This document shows positions 19,102 to 27,761 of a stretch of 64,000 nt of DNA, piece after piece. The position numbers were made by a program, and so were the translations under genes. This DNA is from Myxococcales bacterium (GTDB lineage Bacteria > Myxococcota_A > Polyangia > Polyangiales > Houyiibacteriaceae). The DNA lies in contig JAOTXX010000006.1 in assembly GCA_029862185.1 (NCBI GenBank), positions 12,486 through 76,485 of the forward strand, read 5' to 3'. How positions within the stretch are numbered: position 1 is the stretch's first letter; each line of letters begins with the position of its first letter. The notes beneath the pieces were generated by a model that made no database searches, was not told the DNA's origin, and was given only the letters and a program-made list of their open reading frames with translations.

Positions 19102-19749
19102 TCAGCCGGTCGGAGAAGGCCGGAGCCGCCACCGAAGGTCAGCCCTGCCCCGAGCGCCCGTGAAGCGTAGGATGAGCGAATCGGCGCCGTCGGGGATGGT
19201 TTTGCGCCCGTCCGCGTCGACCGCCGGAAACGTCAGCCGAAACGTCTGTCGATAGGGGTTAACCTGGGGGAAGTAGACCCGATCGACCGCGGTGGGCCGC
19301 CTCACACGCTCGATGAGGAGCGGCACGGTCTGGTTGCCTTCCGGATCGATGAGCAGGACCCGCCAGGCGGACGTCTTGCCCGCGAGATTCGATTCTTTGA
19401 AGTCCATCCCCGAGAGGGTGACGAAGAAGCGGTGCTCTTGGCGGGAGCTCGCCAGGCTGGCCTGGAGCATTTCGTCGCGTGCCTCGGGCGCGAGGCTGTA
19501 ATCGTACGCGTACCGGACCACGTAAGCCCATCGGAACTCCCAGGACTCGAACGTGGCGGAGACGAAAATCTCGTGCGCCAGCTCCTTCCAGGCGAAAGAC
19601 TCTTTGTCGCGTGTCCAGGCTTCCCAGACGCTGGGATAAGAATCCGGCGTGAAGGTGCGGGCCCCGGGCTTCATGGTGATTGGCTGCGGCTTACAGCTCG
19701 ACGAAGCGCACGCCGCAACGAGCAACATGGCTAGCGATGCATGCCTCAT
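19102..19749 (-). CDS. Hypothetical lipoprotein
   Basis: Lipobox LLVAACASSSC. No recognisable family. Its ATG overlaps the pyrE stop (ATGA). Confidence 0.55.
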   Translation of the reverse strand: MRHASLAMLLVAACASSSCKPQPITMKPGARTFTPDSYPSVWEAWTRDKESFAWKELAHEIFVSATFESWEFRWAYVVRYAYDYSLAPEARDEMLQASLASSRQEHRFFVTLSGMDFKESNLAGKTSAWRVLLIDPEGNQTVPLLIERVRRPTAVDRVYFPQVNPYRQTFRLTFPAVDADGRKTIPDGADSLILRFTGARGRADLRWRLRPSPTG

Positions 19750-20294
19750 GCGTCCCCCATGAAGTCGGTGCGGTCATAGAGCGTGCTGAAGGCGACGCCC
19801 GCATCCCGGATCGCAGCAGCGCCTCCTTCGAGACGATCGACCACGGCGATAACGCCTGCAACTTCGAAGCCTGCATCGCGAACCGCCTGAACGGCGCGGA
19901 GCGTCGACCCGCCCGTGGTCACCGTGTCTTCGACGATGACGAGCTTGGCGTTTGGACCCAAACGCTCTGCGCCCTCGAGCAGCTTTCGAGTGCCGTGCGC
20001 CTTGCTGGACTTCCGGATGTAAACCGCGTCGATGGGGTCGCCCTCCACCCACGACGCGCAGGCAACCGCGGACGCCAACGGGCAGCCGCCGAGCTCCACG
20101 CCGGCCACCGCCGAAACGGAACCGAGCAAATCTCGAATTCGTTCGAGCAAAGCCCGGCCGACCAGCGCATGTCCTTCGGCGAGAAGCACCGCGGGCTTGC
20201 AATCGATGAAGAAGTCGCTCTCCTTGCCCGAGCTCAATACGAAGTGGCCGCGACGGAAACCGCGTTCGCGCAGAAGGTCGAGCAGTCGATCCAC
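19746..20294 (-). CDS. pyrE: Orotate phosphoribosyltransferase
   Basis: PRPP-binding motif KLVIVEDTVTTGGS. Size 182 aa. Confidence 0.92.
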   Translation of the reverse strand: MDRLLDLLRERGFRRGHFVLSSGKESDFFIDCKPAVLLAEGHALVGRALLERIRDLLGSVSAVAGVELGGCPLASAVACASWVEGDPIDAVYIRKSSKAHGTRKLLEGAERLGPNAKLVIVEDTVTTGGSTLRAVQAVRDAGFEVAGVIAVVDRLEGGAAAIRDAGVAFSTLYDRTDFMGDA

Positions 20295-20323
20295 GGACCC
20301 GTTCCACCACGTCCAGGCCGGTC

Positions 20324-21769
20324 GTGCAACCGCGAACTGCGCTTGGGTCTTGGCGTAGCGGCGTGCGGCTAACCTTCGTGGTAAGGTCCCGCGCCCCCAG
20401 GTCGACCTCAGAGGACACGTTGCCGAAACCCGATGCCCCGCTCCGCGGGATGGATGACTTGCTCGTGCTGTTTCACGACGCGGAGACGCCGCGGGAGCGT
20501 TGGCGGATCGGTACGGAAGCCGAGCGAATCGCGGTTCAAGAAGCCGATGGCGCGCACCTGCCCTACGAGGGCTCCGTCAGCGTCGCGGCGATCTTCGAAC
20601 AGCTAATCGCAGATCATGGCTGGGACGCGGTGCGCGAAACCGAGACCGGGCCGATCATCGCCCTTCGCCGTGGTGATGCTTCGGTGACCTTGGAGCCGGG
20701 CTCCCAGATCGAGCTCTCGGGGGCGCCCTACCGGACGGTGCATGACGGCAAGTCGGAATCGGACCTGCACTGGGCGGACCTGCAGCCGGTCATCGACGAT
20801 CTCGGGCTCGTGTGGCTCGGCCTCGGCTGCCACCCATTTGCCTCGGTCGAGCAGCTCGGCTGGGTACCAAAGATGCGATACGACGTCATGCGCGAGTACA
20901 TGCCGACGCGAGGCACGATGGCGGGCGACATGATGACCAAGACCTGCACCGTGCAGGCCAATCTCGACTACGCGTCCGAAGAGGACGCGATGCGTAAGCT
21001 GCGGGTGAGCCTGCGGGCGCAGCCCATCGTGACTGCCATGTTCGCCAACAGCCCTTGGGAGGGCGGCAAGCGGAGCGGCTATCGTTCGTATCGCGCCTTG
21101 GCTTGGCTCCACATGGACCCGGACCGATCCGGGCTCCTGCCGTTCGCTTGGAAAGACCAGTCGACTTACCTCGAGTACGTCGACTGGGCGGTCGATGTGC
21201 CGATGTTTCTCGTGAAGCGCGACGGCAAGGCTCATTACAATACCGGGCAGACATTCCGTTCGTTCATGCAAGAGGGCTTTCAGGGAATCCAAGCGACCTA
21301 TGGCGATTGGGTGGTGCACCTGAGCACACTCTTTCCCGAAGTCAGGCTCAAGAACACGCTCGAGTGCCGGGGCGCAGACGTGCAGCGCCCGGACATGCTG
21401 TTTGCGCTGCCCGCGCTTTGGAAGGGGCTTCTGTACGACGATGACAGCTTTCGCGGGCTCGAGAGCTTGGTCGACACTTGGTCGTTTCCAGAAGTCGAAA
21501 GGCAGCGCGACGCCCTAGCGAGACACGGCGTCCGCACCAAGTTCATGAATCGAGAGGCGGTGGACTCGGCGGGCGCAATCCTGGAGCTCGCAGAGTCCGG
21601 GCTCCGCCGAATCGGCGACGTGAACGACGCGGGCGAAGACGAGTCGGTTCTCCTTCGTCCCTTGCGTGCGCTCCTCGAGGCATCGCAATGCCCTGCCGAC
21701 GTGTTGCTCGAACAGGTCGGCGACGATCGGCCGTCGCGCGACGCCGTGATTCGCGTCGCAGGGCTCTAG
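20324..21769 (+). CDS. gshA: Glutamate-cysteine ligase, plant/proteobacterial type (GCS2 family)
   Basis: IGTEAERI..., YMPTRGTMAGDMMTKTCTVQANLDY and FPEVRLKNTLECRGAD are typical of plant-type gamma-GCS. The track start is GTG at 20324. ATG at 20450 is an alternative start. Confidence 0.85.
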   Translation: MQPRTALGSWRSGVRLTFVVRSRAPRSTSEDTLPKPDAPLRGMDDLLVLFHDAETPRERWRIGTEAERIAVQEADGAHLPYEGSVSVAAIFEQLIADHGWDAVRETETGPIIALRRGDASVTLEPGSQIELSGAPYRTVHDGKSESDLHWADLQPVIDDLGLVWLGLGCHPFASVEQLGWVPKMRYDVMREYMPTRGTMAGDMMTKTCTVQANLDYASEEDAMRKLRVSLRAQPIVTAMFANSPWEGGKRSGYRSYRALAWLHMDPDRSGLLPFAWKDQSTYLEYVDWAVDVPMFLVKRDGKAHYNTGQTFRSFMQEGFQGIQATYGDWVVHLSTLFPEVRLKNTLECRGADVQRPDMLFALPALWKGLLYDDDSFRGLESLVDTWSFPEVERQRDALARHGVRTKFMNREAVDSAGAILELAESGLRRIGDVNDAGEDESVLLRPLRALLEASQCPADVLLEQVGDDRPSRDAVIRVAGL

Positions 21770-22950
21770 CCCGACGCAGGTATCACGTCGTCGAGGGGCG
21801 GAAACGAGAGAAGCCTCGCCAAGAGCGCCGACCGCTCCACCATCTTGTCGAGAACCAAGTGCTCGTTGACCGCGTGCGCACCTGCGCCCACCGCACCGAG
21901 GCCGTCGAGCGTCGGCGCGAGCTGGCTGGTCGTGTTGCCGTCCGAGCCACCGCCAGCGGCCGCTTGTTCGATCGAGATGCCAAGCTCTTCGGCGCCGCGC
22001 CGCGCCAGTTGCCAGAGCCGCTGGTTGCCGGGGGTGCGTTCCATGGGCGGCCGCCGTACCGCGCCTTCGATCAGCAATTCGGTTCCCGGGGTCTCGGCCT
22101 TGATCGCGTGGATGATTTTTTCGATGCGCTCGGCGTCTTCCATGGTGGGAACCCGGACGTCGACCGAGGCTTTGCTCTCAGGGGCCACCACGTTTGCGCT
22201 CAGGCCCCCGTCGATCGTACCGACGTTCACCGTGATTCCCTTTTCGACGTCGTTGAGCGCAAAGAGCTTCTGGATGACGAGCGACAGCTCGAGGATTGCG
22301 CTTGCTCCCTTCCCCGGATCGAGCCCTGCGTGTGCCGCCTTCCCCCGAACGGTGATCGAAAAGCTGCCCACCCCTTTGCGTGCGGTCTTCAGGTCGCCGT
22401 CCGGGCCCAGAGAGGGTTCCAGCACGAAACAGCGGTCGGCGCTGCGTGCAAAGCGGATGATGACCCGCGTCGACTCGTGACTACCAATCTCTTCGTCGGA
22501 GTTGATGAAGAACACCGGCGTGACGGGCAAGGTGTCGGCGCCCGCCGCGGCAAGCGCCTCGATCGCGAACAACCCCTGGGCGAGCCCTGCCTTCATATCG
22601 TAGGAGCCTGGCCCCCAAAATGTGCCGTCTGCGGTCCTCGCCGGCATCGTCTCCAGGGTTCCTATCGGCCAGACCGTGTCGCAGTGGCCGAGAAGCAGCT
22701 GGTGCGGACGATGGCGTGGACGTTCCATGGGCATCGCCACGAGCATGCCGCCGCTGTCTTGGCCCGCCAGGATGCGGGGTCGAAAACGTCGCTCCGAAAA
22801 CGCGTCCGAGAGGAGGTCCAGCACGCGCACGAGGGACGCCCGATCTCCAGAGGGTGACTCGCAGAGGACCAATCGTTCCAAGAGCTCGGCCATCCCTTGG
22901 CGATTGCGATCGAGGTAGTCGAGGATCCGGCTCGGAAGGTCCTGGGACAT
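21766..22950 (-). CDS. M20-family metallopeptidase (carboxypeptidase G2 / glutamate carboxypeptidase-like)
   Basis: LLLGHCDTVW, FFINSDEEIGS and GGGSDGN motifs match M20 metal ligands. ATG at 22950. The longer track ORF overlaps the upstream gene. Confidence 0.85.
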   Translation of the reverse strand: MSQDLPSRILDYLDRNRQGMAELLERLVLCESPSGDRASLVRVLDLLSDAFSERRFRPRILAGQDSGGMLVAMPMERPRHRPHQLLLGHCDTVWPIGTLETMPARTADGTFWGPGSYDMKAGLAQGLFAIEALAAAGADTLPVTPVFFINSDEEIGSHESTRVIIRFARSADRCFVLEPSLGPDGDLKTARKGVGSFSITVRGKAAHAGLDPGKGASAILELSLVIQKLFALNDVEKGITVNVGTIDGGLSANVVAPESKASVDVRVPTMEDAERIEKIIHAIKAETPGTELLIEGAVRRPPMERTPGNQRLWQLARRGAEELGISIEQAAAGGGSDGNTTSQLAPTLDGLGAVGAGAHAVNEHLVLDKMVERSALLARLLSFPPLDDVIPASG

Positions 22951-22960
22951 CGTCGAGGCC

Positions 22961-23545
22961 TCAGCGCTTGAAGCCGACGTGGTACGGGAAGGCATTGGTT
23001 TGAACGATCTCGGCGAATCGCCCGGGATGCACATACGCCAGCAAGGGCGAATGGGCGATCATCTCCTGTGCGTCGCGGTCCATGTCTCGCAAGGCGTCCT
23101 CGGCGACCGCCGCCGCGACGATTCGGCCGATGATGAGGCTGTTGTCCCCGAGGTGATCGATGACACGGTCGAGCTCGCATTCGAAGTGCAGGTACGCGTG
23201 CTCCAACAAGACGCCTTCGACCGTCGTCGCGGGGATCGTGGGAATGGCCTGCAACGCGTGCTTGTGGTCGTCGTCGCATCGAGGGGCTGCCGCAAGACTC
23301 GCGAGCAGAATCTGATCGGGCCTCGGGAAGCTCACGGTGAAGCACCCCTCCCGCGTGGCGTTGGCGTAGGTCGCGTGGGACGGCGTGCAGACGAATCCGT
23401 AGTGGTCTTGCCAACTCATGGGAATCGCCAGGTGCTTCGGCGCCAAATCGTACGTGCCGTCTGGCTCGCGGGTCCCAACGATGGTGAGCGGAGCGACCAT
23501 GTAGACCTGCTCCCAAACCGCGTGCTCGAGCTCGAGTGGAATCAT
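22961..23545 (-). CDS. Flavin reductase-like (FMN-binding split-barrel) protein
   Basis: APLTIVGTREPDGTYDLAPKHLAIPMSW resembles the flavin-reductase-like domain. About 190 aa. Confidence 0.65.
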   Translation of the reverse strand: MIPLELEHAVWEQVYMVAPLTIVGTREPDGTYDLAPKHLAIPMSWQDHYGFVCTPSHATYANATREGCFTVSFPRPDQILLASLAAAPRCDDDHKHALQAIPTIPATTVEGVLLEHAYLHFECELDRVIDHLGDNSLIIGRIVAAAVAEDALRDMDRDAQEMIAHSPLLAYVHPGRFAEIVQTNAFPYHVGFKR

Positions 23546-23595
23546 AGCCCGCCTAGCATACCGAATCCGATGGATGCCGCGAGACGAATGCGCAG

Positions 23596-25245
23596 CTAGG
23601 CGGGCGCAGCTTTGCGCGGGACGGGGGCTTTATCGCGCAACGTTTGCGTCTGGTGTTTCAGCACCTGACCGAGAACGTTGCCCTTGAGTACCGCGGAAGT
23701 GCAGATCAAGCCGCCCATCATCGCGCCCACGACGCCCGCCGAGACGACGTCTGCGCCGCTGAGGTAGAGGCCCTTGATCGGAGTTTGCGGCCGGAGCCAT
23801 CGTTGTTCGTATCGGTGCGCATCATGCGATAGACCGTAAATCGCTCCCTCGGGGTGAGCGGAGAAGTTCCGAGTGGAGAGCGGGGTCGAGAGCTCGGCAA
23901 CCTCGACCCGGCCCCGCGTCGCGGGCGCGTGCTTGTAGATGCTGTCGAGCAGACGTTCCGAGAGGCTCGCTTTGAGCTCGTCGTACTCTGCGCCGCGCTT
24001 CTTCCACGATGTGTTTTCCCAGCGCCGGAACGAATCGTAGGAGCCCATGGTGACGGCCTCGATGGTCGAGCGCCCGGGGTACCGCCGTTCGAAATCCGGA
24101 TCCTTGGCCGAGGGAAAGGACAAGTAGACCAGTGGGAACGGCGCGTTGACGTCCGCCAGGAAGCGCTTGAAATTCTCCTCGTGGCGGTGGTCCGGATAGA
24201 CCCAAAGGTTGGTCTTTTCGAGTTGAAGCTCTTCGGTGGTGCCCTTCAATCCAACGTAGAGCGAGAGGTGTGCGACCGACGTGCCGAGGTCTCTCGCTTT
24301 GGCCGCGTATCCAATGGACTTCGCCAACGGCGACGGGACCAGGCGTTCGAATGTATTGATGACGCCGGCATTGCTGATGACGACTGGAGCGCGGAGCTCA
24401 TGCCCGTCGGCTAGCCGGACGCCGACGGCTCGTTCTTTCTCGATGATGATCTCGGTCACCTCTGCGTTGGTCACGACCTCTCCGCCCGCGCGTTCGATCA
24501 CCGGGAGGATGCTTTCGGCGATTCGGGACGAGCCCCCGACCGGATAGGCCGCGCCGCGGAAGTAGTGGGCGACGACCATGGCGTGAATGAAAAAGCAGCT
24601 CTCGGAGGGAACCAAGCCGTAGTCCCCGAACTGGCCCGTCAGCACGCCGATGAGCTCTTGGTTCTGGGTGATCTCTTCGAGCACCTCGCGGGTCGTCCGA
24701 AACGCTTCTTTGGTGATGCCCCTGCGCATCATCCCGCCGAACAGCTTGGAGACGAATGGAGGCATCGCCTTTTCCGCGAAGAACATCTGCGCCTTCTTGA
24801 CGGTGGCGATCACCTTCTCCAGGTACTGGTTGATCGCGTCTTTTTCCTGCGGAAAGTACTCGTGCAGCTGAGCGCGGAAATTCTCGAACCCCTTGACCAG
24901 GTCGTACGCGTTCTCACCCAAAATGATCCGGTCATAGACGTCGCCCATGTCGGCCCAGTCGAGCTGCCCATCCGTGATGAAGTCGAACAGGCGACGCGAG
25001 GTGGCGCGCGGGTGGGATACGTCTCCGATGTAGTGAACCCCCACGTCCCATTCATAACCGGGCCTGCGAAACGTATGGGTGAAGCCACCGGCGGTGTAGT
25101 GCCTCTCTAGGACGAGCACGCGCTTTTCGGCGAGCTTGGAGAGAGTCGCGGCCGCGGCCATGCCGCCGATACCCGACCCGATCACGATTGCGTCCCATCT
25201 CTCGGCGAGGCCGGGGTGCTGCTTGTACGATGTTCCGATCCGCAT
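23596..25245 (-). CDS. FAD-dependent oxidoreductase of the phytoene desaturase (CrtI)/retinol saturase family
   Basis: N-terminal Rossmann motif DAIVIGSGIGGMAAA...LVLERH. The family-typical C-terminal motif is GLYLSGADVVSAGVVGA. Confidence 0.8.
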   Translation of the reverse strand: MRIGTSYKQHPGLAERWDAIVIGSGIGGMAAAATLSKLAEKRVLVLERHYTAGGFTHTFRRPGYEWDVGVHYIGDVSHPRATSRRLFDFITDGQLDWADMGDVYDRIILGENAYDLVKGFENFRAQLHEYFPQEKDAINQYLEKVIATVKKAQMFFAEKAMPPFVSKLFGGMMRRGITKEAFRTTREVLEEITQNQELIGVLTGQFGDYGLVPSESCFFIHAMVVAHYFRGAAYPVGGSSRIAESILPVIERAGGEVVTNAEVTEIIIEKERAVGVRLADGHELRAPVVISNAGVINTFERLVPSPLAKSIGYAAKARDLGTSVAHLSLYVGLKGTTEELQLEKTNLWVYPDHRHEENFKRFLADVNAPFPLVYLSFPSAKDPDFERRYPGRSTIEAVTMGSYDSFRRWENTSWKKRGAEYDELKASLSERLLDSIYKHAPATRGRVEVAELSTPLSTRNFSAHPEGAIYGLSHDAHRYEQRWLRPQTPIKGLYLSGADVVSAGVVGAMMGGLICTSAVLKGNVLGQVLKHQTQTLRDKAPVPRKAAPA

Positions 25246-25265
25246 TTTGCTCTCCTACGCGCGCC

Positions 25266-25859
25266 TCACTGCGCGGCTTCCGGCCTTTCAAAGACCGATG
25301 AAATCAATTCGTCCAAAGTGCAGCCCATCACGAGCTTGCCTGCAAGGTGCAGCGAGACGAGCCCATGAACCTGAGCCCAAAGCAGGTGCGCGCGCCGCAG
25401 CGGCTCCCCTTGCGTGAGCTCCGCGTCCACGGCCGCGGTCACGGCAGCGTGAAGATACGAGAACGCCCTCGCCTGCTCGGACTCGAGCTCGGGATAGCCG
25501 CTCGCCTGCGCCTGTAGGATATCGAACATGGTGTGGTACGCGTCGGGCTCATCGAGCGCGAAGCGCACGTAGACCCTTCCCAAGGTCCGCAGCGCTTCCT
25601 CGGGGTCGTCGACTCCGGCGACCGCGTCGCGCTGGACATCGGCAAACCTGCGCAGCGCTTCGGTCCGCACCATCGCGAACAGCTCTTCCTTGTTCTCGAA
25701 GTACCGATACGGCGTCATCGGGCTCACACCGAGCGCCTTGGCCAACGAGCGAAGCGTCACCCCAGCGTACCCTCGCTCCGCGAAGAGCTTAGTCGCAGCT
25801 GCCACCGCGCGCGCCCGGAACGCATCCAGCTCCTCCGCTGTCAAAGCCGCCCTAGCCAT
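25266..25859 (-). CDS. TetR-family transcriptional regulator
   Basis: N-terminal HTH FAERGYAGVTLRSLAKALGVSPMTPYRYFENKEELF. It ends 20 nt upstream of the CrtI-like gene. Confidence 0.9.
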   Translation of the reverse strand: MARAALTAEELDAFRARAVAAATKLFAERGYAGVTLRSLAKALGVSPMTPYRYFENKEELFAMVRTEALRRFADVQRDAVAGVDDPEEALRTLGRVYVRFALDEPDAYHTMFDILQAQASGYPELESEQARAFSYLHAAVTAAVDAELTQGEPLRRAHLLWAQVHGLVSLHLAGKLVMGCTLDELISSVFERPEAAQ

Positions 25860-25867
25860 TCAAATCA

Positions 25868-25880
25868 TTTACATCGTAAA
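25868..25880. promoter_or_regulatory. Candidate TetR operator palindrome
   Basis: TTTAC-atc-GTAAA lies 9-21 nt upstream of the TetR ATG, inside a short AT-rich patch. Confidence 0.3.
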
Positions 25881-25894
25881 ACTTATCCCGTCAA

Positions 25895-26058
25895 GGGGAC
25901 ACTCTCCGGGTGTTTAACCCTCCGTAATCACTGGCTTCCACCGTGAAGGATCGCAGCGCTCCATGGGCGACAAGATCCTGACATCATGTGAAGCCCCTGC
26001 GATCTTTCGCTGGGAAACCCCCTGATTCCGAGGGGTTGGATACCCGGAGAGTGTCCCC
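25895..26058. repeat. Long imperfect palindrome (~164 nt) with 17-bp perfect terminal inverted repeats
   Basis: GGGGACACTCTCCGGGT (25895-25911) pairs with ACCCGGAGAGTGTCCCC (26042-26058). Nested arms pair at 25943-25956/25997-26010 and 25926-25930/26023-26027. Details are in the findings. Confidence 0.7.
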
Positions 26059-27278
26059 TACTTCAGGGTGACGGCGGCCCAGCTGCGTTTGCCGGCCTTG
26101 ATGATGTAGCGCCCTTTGGGGAGCTTGGCTTGTGGGTCGGTGACGCGATCGCCGTCGATCTCGACGCCGCCTTGCTGGATTCGGCGGCGGCCATCACTCG
26201 AGCTCTTCACCAGACCGATATCGCTCAGGAGCTTGGGCACCCAGACGGCGTCCTCGTCGAGCGCGACTTCGTGCTCGGGCATGTCGTCCGGGATCTGCCG
26301 CTTCGAAAACTGGGCCAGCCACGAAGCCTCCGCGGCGTTGGCCTGCTCCGCGTCGTGGTAGCGGGTCACGACCTCTTTGCCCAGCGCGATTTTGGCATCG
26401 CGCGGGTTCATCTCACCCGCGGCGCAGGCGCGCTTTCGGCGTTCCACTTCGAGGTTCGGTTCCGACGACAACAGCTCGTAGTAGCGCCACATCAGGTCGT
26501 CCGAGATGCTCATCAGCTTGCCGAACTGCTCCTTGGGCGGCTCGGCCACACCGACGTAGTTGTCGAGCGACTTGCTCATTTTCGCGCCGACGATCTTGCC
26601 GGTTTCAAAGCGCGCGTTGATGCCTTCGAGGATTGGGGTCGTGATCACGATTTGGGGCCGCTGCCCCATCTCGCGCATGATCTCTCGACCCACGAGCAGG
26701 TTGAAAAGCTGGTCGGTTCCACCGAGCTCGACATCGCATTCGAGGACCACGGAATCGTACGCCTGCGCGAGCGGGTACAAGAGCTCGTGAAGCGAAATGC
26801 TCTGGTGCTCCGCCCAGCGCCGCTTGAAATCGTCTCGCTCCATCATGCGCGCCAGCGTGTACTTGCCCGCTAGCCGGATGACGTCGTCGAAGGCCATCTT
26901 GCCGAGCCACTCACTGTTATAGACGATCTGTGTGCGATCCCGGTCGAGGATCTTGAATGCCTGATCGGCATAGCTGCGAGCCCCTTCGAGGATCTCGTCG
27001 CGCGTCGGGACGGGACGGGTGCTGCTTCGGCCGGACGGGTCACCGATTTGCGCGGTGAAGTCTCCAACGATGAAGATGATTTCGTGCCCCAGCTCTTGAA
27101 ACTGGCGCATCTTGTTGAGCAGCACCGTGTGACCGAGGTGCAGATCCGGTCGAGTCGGGTCGAACCCAGCCTTTATCTTGAGAGGTTTGCCCGTGTTCAG
27201 ACGCTCGAGGAGCTCTGATTCGACGTGCACGTCGACCACGCCGCGCTTGAGCTCGGCGAGCTGCGCTTCGGGTTTCAT
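26058..27278 (-). CDS. tyrS: Tyrosyl-tRNA synthetase (type 2, with a C-terminal S4-like domain)
   Basis: HIGH-type motif DLHLGHTV and the KMSKS motif. 406 aa. Confidence 0.95.
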   Translation of the reverse strand: MKPEAQLAELKRGVVDVHVESELLERLNTGKPLKIKAGFDPTRPDLHLGHTVLLNKMRQFQELGHEIIFIVGDFTAQIGDPSGRSSTRPVPTRDEILEGARSYADQAFKILDRDRTQIVYNSEWLGKMAFDDVIRLAGKYTLARMMERDDFKRRWAEHQSISLHELLYPLAQAYDSVVLECDVELGGTDQLFNLLVGREIMREMGQRPQIVITTPILEGINARFETGKIVGAKMSKSLDNYVGVAEPPKEQFGKLMSISDDLMWRYYELLSSEPNLEVERRKRACAAGEMNPRDAKIALGKEVVTRYHDAEQANAAEASWLAQFSKRQIPDDMPEHEVALDEDAVWVPKLLSDIGLVKSSSDGRRRIQQGGVEIDGDRVTDPQAKLPKGRYIIKAGKRSWAAVTLK

Positions 27279-27287
27279 CGTCAGCCC

Positions 27288-27608
27288 CTATTCGCCGGCG
27301 TCGGCGGTGTCAGCGACGCCGCCGTTGACGAGCTCTTTGAGCTCTTTGCCAACCTTGAAAAACGGCAGTCGTTTCTCAGGAACCGGGACGGGCCTCCCCG
27401 TACGGGGGTTCCGCCCACTGTACGACTTGTACTCGCGCACCGTGAAGCTACCGAAGCCCCGGATTTCGATCCCCTCCCCCTGCTCGAGCGCCGACGTCAT
27501 CGAGTTGAAGACGCAGTTTACAACTTGTTCAGCTCGGCTTTTGGTGATCTTCGTCCGCTGGGCTACAGCGTCGATGAGCTCCGACTTCGTCATCGATTCT
27601 TTCCCCAT
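27288..27608 (-). CDS. ihfB: Integration host factor beta-like / HU-family DNA-binding protein
   Basis: MTKSELI..., IEIRGFGSF..., GRNPRTG... and FKVGKEL match the IHF-beta pattern. It lies 9 nt upstream of tyrS. Confidence 0.8.
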   Translation of the reverse strand: MGKESMTKSELIDAVAQRTKITKSRAEQVVNCVFNSMTSALEQGEGIEIRGFGSFTVREYKSYSGRNPRTGRPVPVPEKRLPFFKVGKELKELVNGGVADTADAGE

Positions 27609-27761
27609 TGGCCGCTGAGTATATCTACGGCCTTCGGCGCGTCAACAGCAATTTCGGGCACTTGCGCACTTCATCCACAGGCTGGAGCCGGGCGAATGCC
27701 AGTGAGGAGGAAGAGTTGCAACGCTGTTTTGTGAGGCGAATCGCAGTATCGAAGCGTTGCG

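Noticed and set aside
27717-27759. The inverted repeat GCAACGCT...AGCGTTGC just downstream of the Cys/Met PLP enzyme gene, considered as an intrinsic terminator.
   Set aside because: The stem is 8 bp with a ~27-nt loop and has no following U-tract on the transcribed (minus) strand. That is too weak to call.
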